Positions 62,853 through 64,000 of a stretch of DNA of 64,000 nucleotides are shown piece after piece. This DNA comes from Myxococcota bacterium. Lineage in GTDB: Bacteria > Myxococcota_A > Bradymonadia > UBA4248. A program made the translations under genes and the position numbers. The stretch spans positions 4,488-68,487 of the forward strand of contig JAZRVP010000002.1 of assembly GCA_045599245.1 (NCBI GenBank), given 5' to 3'. Positions within the stretch are counted from its first letter, which is position 1; every line of letters starts with the position of its first letter. The notes beneath the pieces were generated by a model. The model was not told the DNA's origin and made no database searches. It saw only the letters and a program-made list of their open reading frames with translations.

Positions 62853-63830
62853 ATGTCAGAATGTGATGTTCTATGTCGTGAATTTATGAGCGACCCGCAG
62901 ATATTTGCAGAAGCATTTAATTTCTATCTCTATCGTGGCGAGGAGGTCATAAAACCTGAAGACTTAAAGGAATGTGATACAAAACTCGTTCATTCATCAA
63001 ACAAAAAGCAAAGCAGCATTTGGAAAGAGAGAGACATTTTCAAAGAAGTTTATCGAGATGAAAACCATATCTATTTAGTTTTAGGAATTGAAAACCAGGC
63101 ATCCATTGACTACTGGATGCCACTTCGTATCATGTTATACGATGTCTTGAGCTATATATCCCAAATGCAGAACAAAACACTTCAAAACGCATTTATCGAT
63201 GCAGAAAAGCCCAATCAACATCACAGGCAGCGTCTTCTTCCTGTAATAACGCTTGTCATAAATTACAGTTTATCAGCCTGGACAGGTCCGAAAACATTAC
63301 ACGAACTCATGGGAAATCAACCAAAAGACCTGCTCAAGTTTGTTCCCGACTATCCACTGTTCGTTCTCGATCCGCATAAAATAAAATCATCAGAGCTTGC
63401 CATGATGAAAAGCGAGTTAGGTTGTGTATGCAAGTGCCTAAAATATTGCAGGAATAGATCAGGACTGAAAAAAATGGTAAAATTAGACAGCCGTTTCAAG
63501 TCACTGAGCAAAACTGCGGCTAAATTACTTAATCAAAGGTTAAATCTTGGTATAAAAATCGATAATCGAGAACCAAAGGAGAAATGCAATATGTGTCAAG
63601 CCATTGAAGAAATGAAAGCCATCGCAGAAAAACGGGGGGAAAAACGGGGGGAAAAACTCGGAGCAAAACAGGGAAACAAAGAGGGACGTCTTCTGGTTGC
63701 TAAAAATCTGCTTCAACAAACTGATATGACCATCAAGGCTATTGCTGCTTCAACTGAATTAACCCAACGTGAAATCAAACAAATTGCTGCTGAATTGTCT
63801 AAAGAAAGTCTGAATAATACACATTTTTAA
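62853..63830 (+). CDS. Rpn-family recombination-promoting nuclease / putative transposase (PD-(D/E)XK, YhgA-like)
   Basis: The start was re-set to MSECDVL at 62853. IYLVLGIENQASIDYWMPLRIMLYDV and LPVITLVINYSLSAWTGP match the family core. The C-terminal AEKRGEKRGEKLGAKQGNKEGRLLVAKNLLQQTDMTIKAIA is the characteristic repeat + HTH-like tail. Confidence 0.8.
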   Translation: MSECDVLCREFMSDPQIFAEAFNFYLYRGEEVIKPEDLKECDTKLVHSSNKKQSSIWKERDIFKEVYRDENHIYLVLGIENQASIDYWMPLRIMLYDVLSYISQMQNKTLQNAFIDAEKPNQHHRQRLLPVITLVINYSLSAWTGPKTLHELMGNQPKDLLKFVPDYPLFVLDPHKIKSSELAMMKSELGCVCKCLKYCRNRSGLKKMVKLDSRFKSLSKTAAKLLNQRLNLGIKIDNREPKEKCNMCQAIEEMKAIAEKRGEKRGEKLGAKQGNKEGRLLVAKNLLQQTDMTIKAIAASTELTQREIKQIAAELSKESLNNTHF

Positions 63831-63889
63831 GGCAAAAAATTGATAAAAGCTGAGGGTGGGTGCCGAGACGACAGGCGTCCACTGGACGA

Positions 63890-64000
63890 CTGGCATCGCA
63901 GCGCCCAGTGAGCAAATGAAATGAACGGCCAGTCGAGGCGTTGTGCACAACGCCTCGACCAACAGGCTCGGGAAACGAAGTGCATTTCATATTGCGAACT
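63890..64000 (-). repeat. inverted second copy of the 17293..17411 structured repeat (truncated by window end)
   Basis: Reverse complement of 63965..64000 equals 17293..17328 exactly (36 nt). The inner hairpin here is gtcgaggcgttgtg-c-acaacgcctcgac. The 3' arm catttcatttgctcac is conserved. Confidence 0.65.

Overview
64-kb chromosomal window with roughly balanced GC content. It is densely coded and dominated by secreted or lipoprotein-type proteins. I read it as a Fibrobacter-like (Fibrobacterota) genome. The evidence is several giant Cys-rich repeat lipoproteins of the CGDG..CDDGN..GDGCS (Myxococcus cysteine-rich repeat) type, one carrying a PA14-like 'fibro-slime' domain, plus an HU protein with a Lys/Ala-rich tail; no database search was possible.

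Content in order along the window:
- 1..5671 (minus strand): a starch-utilisation operon made of a porin-like outer-membrane protein (partial), a GH13 isoamylase/GlgX-type lipoprotein and a GH13 alpha-amylase lipoprotein.
- 6156..9656: a Cys-rich repeat + fibro-slime lipoprotein.
- 9980..16871: TPR protein, DUF1703-type AAA-ATPase-like/PD-(D/E)XK protein, alpha/beta hydrolase, HEAT-repeat protein, cdd.
- 17030..22728: tRNA-Trp, a 600-nt structured non-coding region, csrA, a tail-anchored hypothetical protein, an RdgC-like gene split into two coupled ORFs, uppP, a small secreted protein.
- 23456..30132: two further giant surface lipoproteins (Cys-rich repeats; PKD/CARDB/PPC domains).
- 30326..34683: TPR protein, an esterase with a CBM48-like module, a cyclic amidohydrolase.
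- 34952..52704: a Ser/Thr kinase with PEGA ectodomains converging on a minus-strand array of pseudokinase-PP2C phosphatase > secreted protein > giant Cys-rich lipoprotein > Cys-rich lipoprotein pseudogene; then an Ig-like lipoprotein, an SSF transporter, HU, and another Cys-rich repeat lipoprotein.
- 52855..63830: a 2H-phosphoesterase-like gene, an AT-rich 400-bp island, an exbB-exbD-tonB-like-TPR-etfB-etfA gene string, GNAT + YbgF-like genes, and an Rpn-family nuclease/transposase-like gene at the right edge.

Non-coding highlights:
- A dispersed family of GC-rich imperfect-palindrome hairpin repeats (CGTAT.G / C.ATACG / GATAG half-sites) sits in about 12 intergenic spots.
- Two copies of a conserved ~85-nt leader/promoter-like element lie upstream of csrA and of the small secreted gene.
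- A structured repeat with conserved arms and a compensatory variable hairpin occurs downstream of tRNA-Trp and again, inverted, at the window end.
- The csrA leader is rich in GGA motifs.

No CRISPR array, rRNA or obvious prophage was seen. Many long ORFs in the six-frame track are shadow or alternate-frame ORFs of the repeat-rich genes and were rejected. The track also translates TTG/GTG starts as M, so several starts were re-chosen.
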